Positions 1-9,167 of a DNA stretch of 64,000 bases are shown here, piece after piece. A model generated the notes under the pieces. It saw nothing but the letters and a program-made list of their open reading frames with translations. It was not told the origin of the DNA and made no database searches. Made by a program: the position numbers and the translations under genes. Source of the DNA: Thermoproteota archaeon (GTDB lineage Archaea > Korarchaeota > Korarchaeia > Korarchaeales > Korarchaeaceae). Position 1 is the first letter of the stretch. Each line of letters begins with the position of its first letter. The stretch spans positions 1 to 64,000 of the forward strand of contig JAOZFH010000028.1 in the NCBI GenBank assembly GCA_027491415.1, in the 5' to 3' direction.

Positions 1-120
1 GATGAGAACGTTCCATTAAAGCTGATCAAAGCCCTGGGGAGCTTATTCGGGAATGTACAAACGGCGGGCGACTTGGGCATCCGGGGCGCCGGCGACGAGG
101 AGGTCTTGGGGGCCGCCGCC
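1..120 (+). pseudogene. Truncated DUF5615/Mut7-C-type PIN-like gene fragment (5' end outside window)
   Basis: Frame 1 reads DENVPLKLIKALGSLFGNVQTAGDLGIRGAGDEEVLGAAA, matching the DENxP...GxxGxxDxEV pattern. The expected RxLLTxDxDF segment is absent. Confidence 0.55.
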
Positions 121-183
121 GTCCCGCGCGAGCCGGGGTTCTCCCGCGCGGCGATGCCCGAGAATAGCCGCGGGGAAACTCAT

Positions 184-238
184 TTGGGTATCATGGTACC
201 CAATATGTTATATGCAATTAGGGTATTCTAGTAGCCAA
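184..238. promoter_or_regulatory. Two related palindromes flanking a TATA-like box upstream of the AAA+ ATPase
   Basis: TTGGGTA-N6-TACCCAA (184-203) and TAGGGTA-N6-TAGCCAA (219-238) surround TTATAT (208-213). The ATG is at 240. Confidence 0.6.
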
Positions 239-239
239 A

Positions 240-1622
240 ATGGAACTGGGCCCCTTCCTCGACTCCTGGCTCGCGAGGGCGCCAGCCGTAGCCCACAGGT
301 TGTCGACCGATCGCAGGGGGAAGCCTCTACCCAAGAGGTGGGCCTTCTACAGGCTCCGAAGGTTGGCCGAGGCGCACCTGAGGGAGAGGGCGGAGCCCCG
401 GGTCATCCTGGTCCCCGGGCTCCGGGGGGTGGGGAAGACCACGCTCCTCTGCCAGCTATTCCTCTCCCTGTACGCCAAGGGCCTGCCTGTCTTCTACCTC
501 CCGGTGGACAGGCTCTACAGGTCAGTGGGACCGGTCCTGCTCGAGGCCCTCGAGAAGATCAGCTCCAGGGTCGAGGGGCCGAAGGTGATCCTGCTGGACG
601 AGGTCACGCACCACAGGGACTGGGCGGGAGACCTCAAGCTGGCCTACGACTACGACCCGGACCTCATGGTCGTGGCCGCCGGGTCCTCGGCCCTGGCGAT
701 GAGGGCCGACGTGGACCTGTCAAGGAGGGCTGGCTACGAGCCGCTGTTCCCGCTGAGCCTCTCGGAGTACCTCCTCGTCAGGGGGAGGCTGGGCAGGATG
801 AGGGGCGGGCTCCTGGGGGACGTTCGGACGGCACTCCTGTCGTCCGACGCCGAGGAGCTGATCGAGCTTGAGGGGGAGATCCGCAGGGCAATCCGCGGCG
901 ACCCCATCGCGGTCACGGAGTCGTTCTTGGAGGTTGGTGGCCTCCCGGCCACCGCGAGGGCTCGGAACAGGGAGATCGCCGCCGGGATCGTGGTGGAGGT
1001 ACTCGACCGGGTGGTCAGGTGGGACCTGGTGGAGGTGGCGAGCTTCGAGTCCGACACCCTGCCGGAGGTCGAGCGGGTGCTCGCGGCCCTGGCGTCGGAG
1101 AAGCCCGGGGCCGTCAGCATGGAGAGCCTGTCCCGAGACTTGGGGATCAACAAGAGGCAGGTCAGGAGGATTGTCGAGGCCCTCGAGAGGGCGGAGGTGA
1201 TCTTCCGGGCCCCCCCGGTCGGCCCGGCTCGAGGGAAGATCAGGAGGGCCTGGAAGGTCTACTTCACCACGCCCACGCTCAGGTGGGGACAGCTGATGGA
1301 CCTCATGCCGGGAGGCCCCTGGCCGGACCCGAGGTCCACCCTGCTGGAGGAGGCAGTCGCCGCGCGGCTCCACAGGATAGTCGGGACGAGGAGGGCGGCC
1401 TCGCTGGCCTACGGGTGGATCGACGGGGAGGTCGACCTGGTGCTCGAGGCTGCCGGGAGGAGGGTGGCGTTCGAGGTCGGGCTCGGGAAGAGGCTGCCGA
1501 GGAGGCAGGCCAGGGCCGCCGAGGAACTCGGGGTCGACGTCACGTACGTCGTGACGCTGAGGCCGGGCGTCTCCGAGGAGAGAGGCGCTGTGTACGTCCC
1601 CGCGTGGCTGGTGCTCTTCTGA
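240..1622 (+). CDS. AAA+ ATPase (AAA_14) with wHTH and DUF4143/PD-(D/E)xK-like C-terminus
   Basis: Walker A GLRGVGKTT, Walker B ILLDE, AGSS, GGLP, KVYF and C-terminal EVDLV...FEVG motifs. Confidence 0.9.
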   Translation: MELGPFLDSWLARAPAVAHRLSTDRRGKPLPKRWAFYRLRRLAEAHLRERAEPRVILVPGLRGVGKTTLLCQLFLSLYAKGLPVFYLPVDRLYRSVGPVLLEALEKISSRVEGPKVILLDEVTHHRDWAGDLKLAYDYDPDLMVVAAGSSALAMRADVDLSRRAGYEPLFPLSLSEYLLVRGRLGRMRGGLLGDVRTALLSSDAEELIELEGEIRRAIRGDPIAVTESFLEVGGLPATARARNREIAAGIVVEVLDRVVRWDLVEVASFESDTLPEVERVLAALASEKPGAVSMESLSRDLGINKRQVRRIVEALERAEVIFRAPPVGPARGKIRRAWKVYFTTPTLRWGQLMDLMPGGPWPDPRSTLLEEAVAARLHRIVGTRRAASLAYGWIDGEVDLVLEAAGRRVAFEVGLGKRLPRRQARAAEELGVDVTYVVTLRPGVSEERGAVYVPAWLVLF

Positions 1623-1701
1623 GCGCCGGCCAGGTGGATCGAGCTCCTTCTCTCGATGGGGGGTGCCCTGACTGGGGAGGAGCAGGGTACCGGAGCCGCG
1701 G

Positions 1702-2255
1702 ATGTTCAGGGAGACCTTCAGGAGGGCGAGGAGGGTGCTGGATCGGGCCGGCCTGAGGTACGCCCTGGCGGTCTACGCGGAGCCCGAGTTCACCGTCGAC
1801 GTGGACTTCCTGGCGGCCCTCGATGAGCCGGGTTCGGCCAGCCTCATCGCCGAGGCCGAGAAGGAGGGGTTCAGGCCGGAGCCGAGCGAGCCGGGGCACT
1901 GGCACCACAGGCTCCGCCAGAGAGGTGGGGCACTTTCTTCGACGCGTTCAGGCCGCCCGAGTTCGAGCTGACCGAGGAGGTCTTCTCCAGGAGCAGGCTC
2001 GTGAGGCTGGGCTCCAGGTGGGGGACCTGCCCGGTAGTCTCGCCGGAGGACCTGGCGATACTGTTCGTGGTGGCCGGGAGGGAGGAGAGGGGGGACGTGC
2101 GGAAGGCCGTCAAGGTGTGCGCCAGCCGGCTGGCGGTCGGGGACTTCGACGAGGGCTACTACGTGAGGAGGCTGAGGCGGCACAGGCCGAGATATTTGGC
2201 GGTGGGTCTGGAGGTGCTCAGGGCGGCGAAGAGGTCTGTAGAGGGGCGTCGCTGA
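1702..2255 (+). pseudogene. Frameshifted nucleotidyltransferase (DUF6036/AbiEii-like)
   Basis: The 5' part reads LRYAL-AVYAEPEFTVDVDF (GG motif missing). After a frameshift near 1920 it continues RWGTFFDAFRPPEFELTEEVFSR...VVSPEDLAILFVVAGREERGD. Confidence 0.7.
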
Positions 2256-2474
2256 CCGCTCGCGCGGGCCAGGGTGAGGTGAGATCGACCCCGGGAGTGG
2301 CTCGTCAGGGTCCGGGGCTCCGGGTACCCGATGACGAGGTCGCAGGCGCCTCGGCAATCGATCTAGCAGGGGGTCGAGGATCCTCCTGCGGCGAGCCCTC
2401 TTGCGAGGGCTGATCCGCGTTTGCCTCGGTCAAGTTTATGTCCGTTCCGGAACCAGCTGAGACGGTGCCCCGGC

Positions 2475-2936
2475 TTGGGCCCATCCACTGGCGACTTGGA
2501 GAGGCTGAGGAGGGCGCTGTCACGGCTCTCGGACAGACTGAGGCTGGCGACCCTGTTCGGCTCCATGGCCGAGGGCGCGGCCGGACCCATGAGCGACGTG
2601 GATGTGGCCGTGCTCCCCAGGGAGGGAATCGACAGGCTCGAGCTGGTGTCCGACCTGCTTGAGTCGGTGACCGGGGCGCTGGGCGTGACCGAGGACAGGG
2701 TGGACATCCTCTTTCTCGACTCGGTGGAATCCCTCCCACTCCTCTACAGGGCCGTCGTCAGGGGGATCCCCCTCTACTGCGAGAGCCGGGATCTCCGCGC
2801 GAATATCCGAGACAGGGTACTCTCTCAGTACCTGGACTTCGCGGTCTTCCTGGGGAAGATGGAGCTCGGGGAGAGGTTCAGGAGGGCGCTCTCAAGGTGG
2901 TTGGATGAGGCTGCACAGGCTCCTGCAGATCATTAG
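2475..2936 (+). CDS. mntA: Minimal nucleotidyltransferase (MNT) antitoxin, type VII TA
   Basis: LFGSMAEG...SDVDVAV...VDILFL motif. Overlaps the downstream HEPN gene. Start is uncertain (ORF open from 2421). Confidence 0.85.
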   Translation: MGPSTGDLERLRRALSRLSDRLRLATLFGSMAEGAAGPMSDVDVAVLPREGIDRLELVSDLLESVTGALGVTEDRVDILFLDSVESLPLLYRAVVRGIPLYCESRDLRANIRDRVLSQYLDFAVFLGKMELGERFRRALSRWLDEAAQAPADH

Positions 2937-3333
2937 GGAGAATCTCGAACTCCTAGACGCTCGCATTGGGTCTGAGGGCGTGGATAAGATCCTGGAAGAT
3001 AAATTCTACCTTCTGGCGGCCCTTCACGCGCTCCAGCTCGCCTCCCAGGCCCTGATAGACCTGGCCTCCCACGTGATCTCCGAGGCCGGGATAGCTGTGC
3101 CAGCCAGCTACTCTGAGGTATCACACCACCTGAGAGAGGCTGGAATACTAGACGAGAGCGACGCCCAGCTCTTCAGGAGGATAGTCGGCTTCAGGAACGT
3201 CGTCGTGCACCAGTACGCGGAGGTCGACCTCGGGTTAGTGGGGGAGGTGCTCAGGGGGAGGAAGTACATGGACATCGCGAGGCTCGCGTTGGCCATCTCG
3301 AGGTGGGCCGAGGAGAGGGGGCTGGACCCCTAG
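2905..3333 (+). CDS. hepT: HEPN (DUF86) RNase toxin, type VII TA
   Basis: RIVGFRNVVVHQY carries the Rx4H(xY) HEPN motif. Coupled to MNT. Confidence 0.9.
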   Translation: MRLHRLLQIIRENLELLDARIGSEGVDKILEDKFYLLAALHALQLASQALIDLASHVISEAGIAVPASYSEVSHHLREAGILDESDAQLFRRIVGFRNVVVHQYAEVDLGLVGEVLRGRKYMDIARLALAISRWAEERGLDP

Positions 3334-3357
3334 ACGTCCTGATGGGCCCTATCGGGC

Positions 3358-3978
3358 TCAACGCGTTTCAATCTCCAGCCCCACCCCCCGGAGGGCCGCC
3401 TCGACCCTGCGCGCCCCCTTGACCCCCCTCTCCCTCATGGTCTCTAGGTACCCCCTCAGCCGCCGTTCGTCCGTCATCCTGAGCAGACCCGGGGCGATCT
3501 CGTCCAAGAGGGGGTACCTCAGGTAGATCGCGTCTATCAGGGTCTTCTCGGGCGTTGAGACCCTTATCCACTCGTCAATCTCTCTCAGGCGGACCAGGTC
3601 GTATCCGAAGTACATCTTCGGGGAGATCCTCCTCAGGAGGACCTTGTATCCGCAGACGACCCTCTCTCCCCCCCTCACCGCCGCCGACACCAGAGGCGAG
3701 AGCACGGTCAGGGCGGTCACCTGCGTCGAGGCCCCGTGGATCAGGGCTGCGGAGCCCAGGCCGACGTACGACATCGGCAGGGCCTTCACTACCATGTACG
3801 GCGACCTCTTGAAGGTGTACACGCCCCTAGTGAGCTCTACGATCTCCCCCATCCTCCTCAGCCTGTGAATGAGGACCTTCGCGTAGGCCTCCCCAACCGC
3901 CCCCTCAACCAGCCTGAACGTGAAGACGCTGGAGGACCTCAGCGTCTCCAGGAGCTGATGGTGCCTACGCCTCGGCGT
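3358..3978 (-). CDS. abiEi: AbiEi-family type IV TA antitoxin (wHTH + C-terminal domain)
   Basis: SYVGLGSAALIHG and VSTPEKTLIDAIY motifs. The frame extends upstream of ATG 3852 through a wHTH-like VFTFRLVEG...LIHRLRRMGEIVELTRGVY to an ACG at 3978 preceded by GGTGAGG. Confidence 0.8.
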   Translation of the reverse strand, partial: TPRRRHHQLLETLRSSSVFTFRLVEGAVGEAYAKVLIHRLRRMGEIVELTRGVYTFKRSPYMVVKALPMSYVGLGSAALIHGASTQVTALTVLSPLVSAAVRGGERVVCGYKVLLRRISPKMYFGYDLVRLREIDEWIRVSTPEKTLIDAIYLRYPLLDEIAPGLLRMTDERRLRGYLETMRERGVKGARRVEAALRGVGLEIETR

Positions 3979-4618
3979 GGCGCCTCACCTTCCTCACCAC
4001 GGACTCGAAGCTCGGGGGGCGGCCGAGGAGGATCAGCTCCCTGAGGCCCTCGTAGTCGGGCGGAGGCGCCCCCAGCTCTGGCAGGAGGGATCTCAGCTCG
4101 GTCCCTATCGCGCGGTCCTCGCAGAGATCTAGGAGGTAGTACACGTCGTAAAGGTCCCTGGCCTTCCTCCTGTCCCGAAAGGCTTTGATCTTCTCCCTGA
4201 GGAGGTCGCAGGCGGTGAGCGCCCTCACGACCAGGCTGCCACCGTCCGTCATCCAGTAGTCCGCCTCGGTGACCTCGATCTCCCTGAATGGAGGGGAGGC
4301 TTCCAGCTCCACCTCGGCCCCTGACTCGTCTGCGACCCTCAGGTAGAGCACCCGCGACGGGGTGAGCTTGCTCCTCACCACCCTTACCCCAGGCAGCGAC
4401 CTGAGCACCCCCTCCACCCATTCCGGCTCCCAGCAGTAGACGTCGACATCTATGGAGAACCTCTTTCCGCCGTAGACCCTCCAAATGGCTGTTCCCCCGT
4501 GGAGCACAAAGTCTAACCTCCTGGCCAGCTCCATCACCAAGAGGTCCTGGAGCTCGGCGATCCGGAGCAACCTGCCCTTGAGGATCCTGGCCAGCGGGAT
4601 CTTGGAGTACGCTCCCAC
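3965..4618 (-). CDS. abiEii: AbiEii-family nucleotidyltransferase toxin (type IV TA)
   Basis: FVLHGGTAI..YGGKRFSIDVD and EKIKAF.DRRKARDLYD motifs. Confidence 0.9.
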   Translation of the reverse strand: MGAYSKIPLARILKGRLLRIAELQDLLVMELARRLDFVLHGGTAIWRVYGGKRFSIDVDVYCWEPEWVEGVLRSLPGVRVVRSKLTPSRVLYLRVADESGAEVELEASPPFREIEVTEADYWMTDGGSLVVRALTACDLLREKIKAFRDRRKARDLYDVYYLLDLCEDRAIGTELRSLLPELGAPPPDYEGLRELILLGRPPSFESVVRKVRRHAEA

Positions 4619-4636
4619 ATCGTATTCGTGGACCTG

Positions 4637-4656
4637 GGTTACATATATTGATAACC
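4637..4656. promoter_or_regulatory. Inverted repeat over the TATA element of the abiE operon (candidate autorepression site)
   Basis: GGTTA-catatattga-TAACC lies about 20-40 nt upstream of the abiEii start. Confidence 0.4.
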
Positions 4657-4718
4657 GCGGTCTTTGGAAGGTCGAGAGAAGGATAATATATCGGACCCGA
4701 GCATTTTAGCGATCCAGC

Positions 4719-5726
4719 ATGGGCGCGGCGATTGAGGCGGTCGGGCTGACCAAGAGGTTCGGCGACTTCACGGCCGTCGACCACGTCTCCTTCACCGTCG
4801 AGGAGGGCGAGATCTTCGGCTTCCTTGGCCCGAACGGCGCCGGCAAGACCACCACCATCAACATGCTGATCACGCTGATGAGGCCCACCGAGGGCACCGC
4901 TAGGGTAGCTGGCCACGACGTCGTGGCGGAGCCGGACAGGGTGAGGGAGAGGATAAGCGTGGTCTTCCAGGACCCCACGCTGGACAGGAGGCTGACCGGC
5001 TGGGAGAACCTGTGGATACACGGGAGGCTCTACGGCATCCCAGGGGACGAGCTGGCCGAGAGGATAGAGCGAGCTGCTAGGTTCACGGAGATCGAGAGGT
5101 GGCTGCACGTCACGGTGGACAGGTACAGCGGGGGCATGATGCGAAGGCTCGAGATAGCCCGGGCGCTGCTCTACGAGGCCGACGTGATCTTCCTGGACGA
5201 GCCCACCGTCGGCCTTGACCCGCAGACCAGGGCCAAGATCTGGGAGTACGTCAGGGCCCTCAGGAGGGAGGGGCTGACGATATTCCTCACCACGCACTAC
5301 ATGGACGAGGCCGAGAGGCTGTGCGACCGCGTCGCGATAATCGACCACGGGAGGATCGTCGCCATGGGGACCGTCGACGAGCTCAGGTCCATCGTCGGCG
5401 GGGAGGTCGTGTACGTTGCGGTCGATCCCCCGGGAGAGGCGGAGAGGCTGGCCGAGGCCATCCGGCGGGAGGGACTCGGATCTGAGGTCAGGGCCCTGAA
5501 CGGCACCGTCTCCATATCCACCGAGAACGCCGCTCAGGCGATCCCCGCGGTGGTCTCGCTCGCCTCGTCCCTCGGCGTGGGGGTCAGGGAGGTGAGGTAC
5601 AGGACGCCAGACCTCGAGGATGTGTTCCTCCACGTCACCGGCAGGAGCCTGAGGGACGAGGAGGCCAGCTTCTTCGACCACGTGCGCATGAGGCGGATGG
5701 CCAGGATGAGGAGGGCCGGGAGGTGA
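4719..5726 (+). CDS. DrrA-family ABC exporter ATP-binding protein
   Basis: GPNGAGKTT, YSGGM signature, FLDEPT, TTHYMDEA and C-terminal DUF4162-like LEDVFL. Confidence 0.95.
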   Translation: MGAAIEAVGLTKRFGDFTAVDHVSFTVEEGEIFGFLGPNGAGKTTTINMLITLMRPTEGTARVAGHDVVAEPDRVRERISVVFQDPTLDRRLTGWENLWIHGRLYGIPGDELAERIERAARFTEIERWLHVTVDRYSGGMMRRLEIARALLYEADVIFLDEPTVGLDPQTRAKIWEYVRALRREGLTIFLTTHYMDEAERLCDRVAIIDHGRIVAMGTVDELRSIVGGEVVYVAVDPPGEAERLAEAIRREGLGSEVRALNGTVSISTENAAQAIPAVVSLASSLGVGVREVRYRTPDLEDVFLHVTGRSLRDEEASFFDHVRMRRMARMRRAGR

Positions 5727-6517
5727 CGTGGATGGCGACCGCTGAGGCGTACTTCAGGACGATCTCCACGATGTGGTACAGGCAGATCAGGAGGTTCCTC
5801 AGGGCCAGGTCCCGCGTGGTTGGCACGGCGGTGCAGCCTGTGATGTGGCTGGTGTTCTTCGGCATGGGGCTCGGAGGGGCCATGAGGCTCGCCGCCGCCC
5901 GGCCGGGCTCGGCCTCGCTGGACTACCTGTCCTTCATGGCGCCCGGCGTGATCATGATGAGCGTCTTCATGACCTCCTTCATGTCGGGCATATCGGTGAT
6001 CTGGGACAGGGAGTTCGGCTTCCTCAAAGAGGTGCTGGTGGCGCCGGTCCCCAGGTCTGCGTCGATACTCGGTCGGGCCCTTGGAGACACCACGACGGCC
6101 GTGATACAGGGGCTCATCATCCTGGTCATGACCTCCCTGCTCGCACCGCAGGTGAGCCTCTCCGGGATCCCGCTGGCCGTGGCGTTCATGCTGATGGTCT
6201 CCCTGACCTTCACCTCCCTGGGCATAGTGCTGGGCTCCAGGATGAGGAGCATGGAGGGATTCCAGCTCATCAACACGTTCCTGTCGATGCCCCTCCTCTT
6301 CCTGAGCGGGGCCTTCTACCCCCTGAAGACGATGCCCGACTGGATGCGCTACCTCGCCTACGTGGACCCGCTCACCTACGGCGTGGACGGGTGCAGGGCC
6401 GCGCTGGTAGGGGTGGGGGAGCTTGGCCTTTGGACGGACCTGGCCCTGCTGGCGGTGCTATCGCTCGCGTTCACGGCGGTCTCGATAGCGGTGTTCGGGA
6501 GGACGACAATAGACTGA
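5723..6517 (+). CDS. ABC-2 (DrrB-type) permease
   Basis: About six TM segments, WDREFGFLKEVLVAPV and DPLTYGVD motifs. Overlaps the ATPase stop. Confidence 0.92.
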   Translation: MTWMATAEAYFRTISTMWYRQIRRFLRARSRVVGTAVQPVMWLVFFGMGLGGAMRLAAARPGSASLDYLSFMAPGVIMMSVFMTSFMSGISVIWDREFGFLKEVLVAPVPRSASILGRALGDTTTAVIQGLIILVMTSLLAPQVSLSGIPLAVAFMLMVSLTFTSLGIVLGSRMRSMEGFQLINTFLSMPLLFLSGAFYPLKTMPDWMRYLAYVDPLTYGVDGCRAALVGVGELGLWTDLALLAVLSLAFTAVSIAVFGRTTID

Positions 6518-6766
6518 CGGCTGCCGAGATCGCTCCCGACGCTCGAGTGAATCGAGTGCTTGCCGCAGAGCGCTGCCCCCACTCGGCACGGGCGAACGAC
6601 TCCTCAAGTGGCGCCAGTTTCCCTGCGACGCTCTGAGGCCTGGCGTCTGGGCTGAGTTCGAAGAACTATCGTGAGGTAGGCGAGGACGCAGCGATGTATA
6701 GGCCCCCGGTACGTGTTAATCTGTTGGCTTGAGATGATACAGAATTTATCTTTCAGAGGAGAGTCG

Positions 6767-7630
6767 ATGCGGTGGTTAGAATTGAAAACAGAAGGCAGGA
6801 CCTGGATATTAGTGATCGTCGCATCCGCCGCACTAATCCTTTGTATTTTAGCCACTAAAGCCCCGGCATTCTCTCCACTAGGGGTAGATCCGCGGGACTT
6901 GGATAACCCGGCAAATAGCAGCAATCATAGGTCCGGGGGTGGGACATCTGTTGTATGGGCCCCGCCCCCAGAGCCGGTCCCCGGGAAAAGTGTGCCGCTA
7001 GAGGAGGCACTGGCATCAATGCCATCTGGACTCCATATGCCCAGACGCGTGCCCCACTCCCTCAGGCTGGTGGATGTCAGACTTGAGGAGGGGGAGATCG
7101 GCGTCACGGTCTATCTCACTTATGCTCCCCGGAGACTCGGCGAGGGGTACACCCTTGAGGACGTAATGGGGGCCGGCGGAGTACTCATCATAGCTAAATA
7201 CTCCCCCCACGGAAGTGAAGAAAGTGGAAGAGAGGCCATAGACGCCTTTCGAGAGTACATTGGGGCTGGGGCCTCTCCGGTTGATCTCCTGCTTAAGAGA
7301 GATCCGACCATCGATCCGAGCGACATCGAGAAGATCGAACTCACTGAGAGGAACGGCACTCTGTGGTATGAGTTCTGGCTTAAGGACGGGAGTCATGTTA
7401 AAATTTTATTACCAAAATCCGATAAAATGATACTAAATGTAAACGGGACCGAGGTGTACATTAAGATAGTTGAGGACAGGAGCGTGCCGTTCTTCACCCA
7501 CTACGCGCTCTTCTTCTCTAGGGACTGGAAGGTCAGCTACGTGATCCTGGGCAGTCCGGATATGCCCAGGTCTGACTTCATAGAGGTGGTGATCTCGATG
7601 ATTGAGTCACCATCCTCGAGCCCCCCATGA
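6767..7630 (+). CDS. Membrane-anchored/secreted hypothetical protein, DUF4367-like
   Basis: N-terminal hydrophobic helix, LHMPRRVP..LRLVDV and VNG...YVILG...DFIEVVISM patterns. More AT-rich than its neighbours. Confidence 0.65.
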   Translation: MRWLELKTEGRTWILVIVASAALILCILATKAPAFSPLGVDPRDLDNPANSSNHRSGGGTSVVWAPPPEPVPGKSVPLEEALASMPSGLHMPRRVPHSLRLVDVRLEEGEIGVTVYLTYAPRRLGEGYTLEDVMGAGGVLIIAKYSPHGSEESGREAIDAFREYIGAGASPVDLLLKRDPTIDPSDIEKIELTERNGTLWYEFWLKDGSHVKILLPKSDKMILNVNGTEVYIKIVEDRSVPFFTHYALFFSRDWKVSYVILGSPDMPRSDFIEVVISMIESPSSSPP

Positions 7631-8115
7631 TCCTCTAGGCGATTTTTGAGCCTTCTGAGTTGAGATGAGCAAAAGAAGATGTCGTCCTTGCTTACGAGGC
7701 AGGTTCTCGTCGCATGGCGGCTCTGACCTCGGGACTCAGAATGGTTACGGGTCTCCTCTCCCTAGCGCCGCTCCCGCGCGTGCTGTAGCGGCTATCGAGG
7801 GACCATAGTATCTCTGGGCTGAACTCCTGCGCAGAGCTGGCTGGGGCTATTGTGACACCATACCAATGGGGTGGGGAGTAGGGCCACGGAACGCTCGAGG
7901 GGGGAAGATCGCTAGGATAATTGGAGGGCAGACAAGGACTCTCAGAGAGCTTCGAAGTGAGGCCAGAGGGGAGGATGGCTAGGGATAGGGATCCGTGAGC
8001 CAGACACCCGACCGTTGATCGCTTGAACGATCCGGTAAGACCTGTGAGATCTGTGCGGGACCGCGAACTGGCATTGCAGGAGAGGGTATGATGTGGATGA
8101 GTCCCTCCACCGTGG

Positions 8116-8529
8116 TCACTTGGCTCTCAGATCCTCGGGGTCGATCCTCCTCAACCCCTCCACGTCGTCATACGCCTCGTCGAACGACACGATTGTGGAG
8201 TCCAGACTCATCGCCGATGCCGCGTTCAGGGAGTCGAAGAAGGAGAGGCCGTACTTCCTCCTGATCCACACAGCCCTCATCGCCTCCAAGGGGGTGAGGT
8301 GAGTCGTTCGGCCGTCAAAGAGGGAGAGGAGGAGCCTCAGGTCTTCCTCCAATTCCAGCTCCATGGACCTCGATCTGTAGATCAGGGACATCTCAATCAA
8401 GGCCACCGATGAGAGGTAATAGCTCTCATCGGAGATTGACGCCTCTATAACGCGTGAAGCGACCTCGTGATGCTTGTCGGATCTATTTATGAAGGCTAGG
8501 AGGACGTCCAGCTCGATTAAGGGCATCAA
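8116..8529 (-). CDS. vapC: VapC PIN-domain toxin
   Basis: IELDVLLA...DKHHE...IE...LSFFDSLNAA...IVSFDEAYD. Confidence 0.9.
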   Translation of the reverse strand: MMPLIELDVLLAFINRSDKHHEVASRVIEASISDESYYLSSVALIEMSLIYRSRSMELELEEDLRLLLSLFDGRTTHLTPLEAMRAVWIRRKYGLSFFDSLNAASAMSLDSTIVSFDEAYDDVEGLRRIDPEDLRAK

Positions 8530-8768
8530 TCGATGACCTCCTCGCTCGCCAATCTCTCGGCGATTCTCTTGGCCTCCTTCCAGCCAAAGGGCAGCTGCCT
8601 TGACCCCTTCAACTTCCTGAAGGCCTCCCTTGGATCATCCAATGGGATGAGCTCTATTCTCCTATCGATAACGGTGAGGAGGAATCTCCTAGACCTCATA
8701 GACTTCCGCAGCCTCTTCGGGATGAGGACCCTCCCCCTGTCATCCATCTCCACAATGTGGGTAGACAT
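8526..8768 (-). CDS. vapB: AbrB/MazE-type antitoxin
   Basis: MSTHIVEMDDRGRVLIPKRLRK swapped-hairpin motif. Overlaps the vapC start. Palindrome CCCAC-TT-GTGGG at 8778-8789 and an AT-rich box lie upstream. Confidence 0.85.
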   Translation of the reverse strand: MSTHIVEMDDRGRVLIPKRLRKSMRSRRFLLTVIDRRIELIPLDDPREAFRKLKGSRQLPFGWKEAKRIAERLASEEVID

Positions 8769-8975
8769 CAGTAATAACCCACTTGTGGGAAATATAATAT
8801 TAGCTCCCATGAACGGGGGTTAGGTCTCAAGAGGCTTCGCAACGGAGGGGGAAGTGCGAGCTGGCTTCTCACCTTCTAGGGCTTCTTGATCTACGGGTTT
8901 GTACCCTCTGCACACAGAGGTCCCCAGCTCGCTGCTTAAGTACACCCTGATATAACAGATGTTTAGAGGGTCACA

Positions 8976-9131
8976 ATGCCCAAGTTCAAGCGCATGATGT
9001 GCGGCGAGGTCATCGCCGCCGAGACCAGGGAGGCCCTGCTCGACGAGGTCTCGAAGCACGCCTGGGAGGCTCACGGCCTCGAGGTCACGCCCGAGATCAG
9101 AGAGGTCATCCTGTCGAAGATAGAGGAGTGA
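8976..9131 (+). CDS. Small DUF1059-family metal-binding protein (51 aa, not in ORF track)
   Basis: MPKFKRMMCGEVIAAETREALLDEVSKHAWEAHGLEVTPEIREVILSKIEE matches the C...AETxE...HAxxxHG pattern. GATATAA lies about 25 nt upstream. Confidence 0.75.
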   Translation: MPKFKRMMCGEVIAAETREALLDEVSKHAWEAHGLEVTPEIREVILSKIEE

Positions 9132-9167
9132 GAGCCCTCATCCCCCCTTTTTGGCTTGAGTTGAGGA

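Noticed and set aside
2330-2413. Possible C/D-box sRNA (ATGACGA...CTGA with hairpin)
   Set aside because: Longer than typical, with no clear D'/C' boxes. The match could be chance.
3939-5681. 580-aa minus-strand ORF
   Set aside because: Antisense shadow of the ABC ATPase and off-frame over abiEii. It has no motifs and is typical of high-GC DNA.
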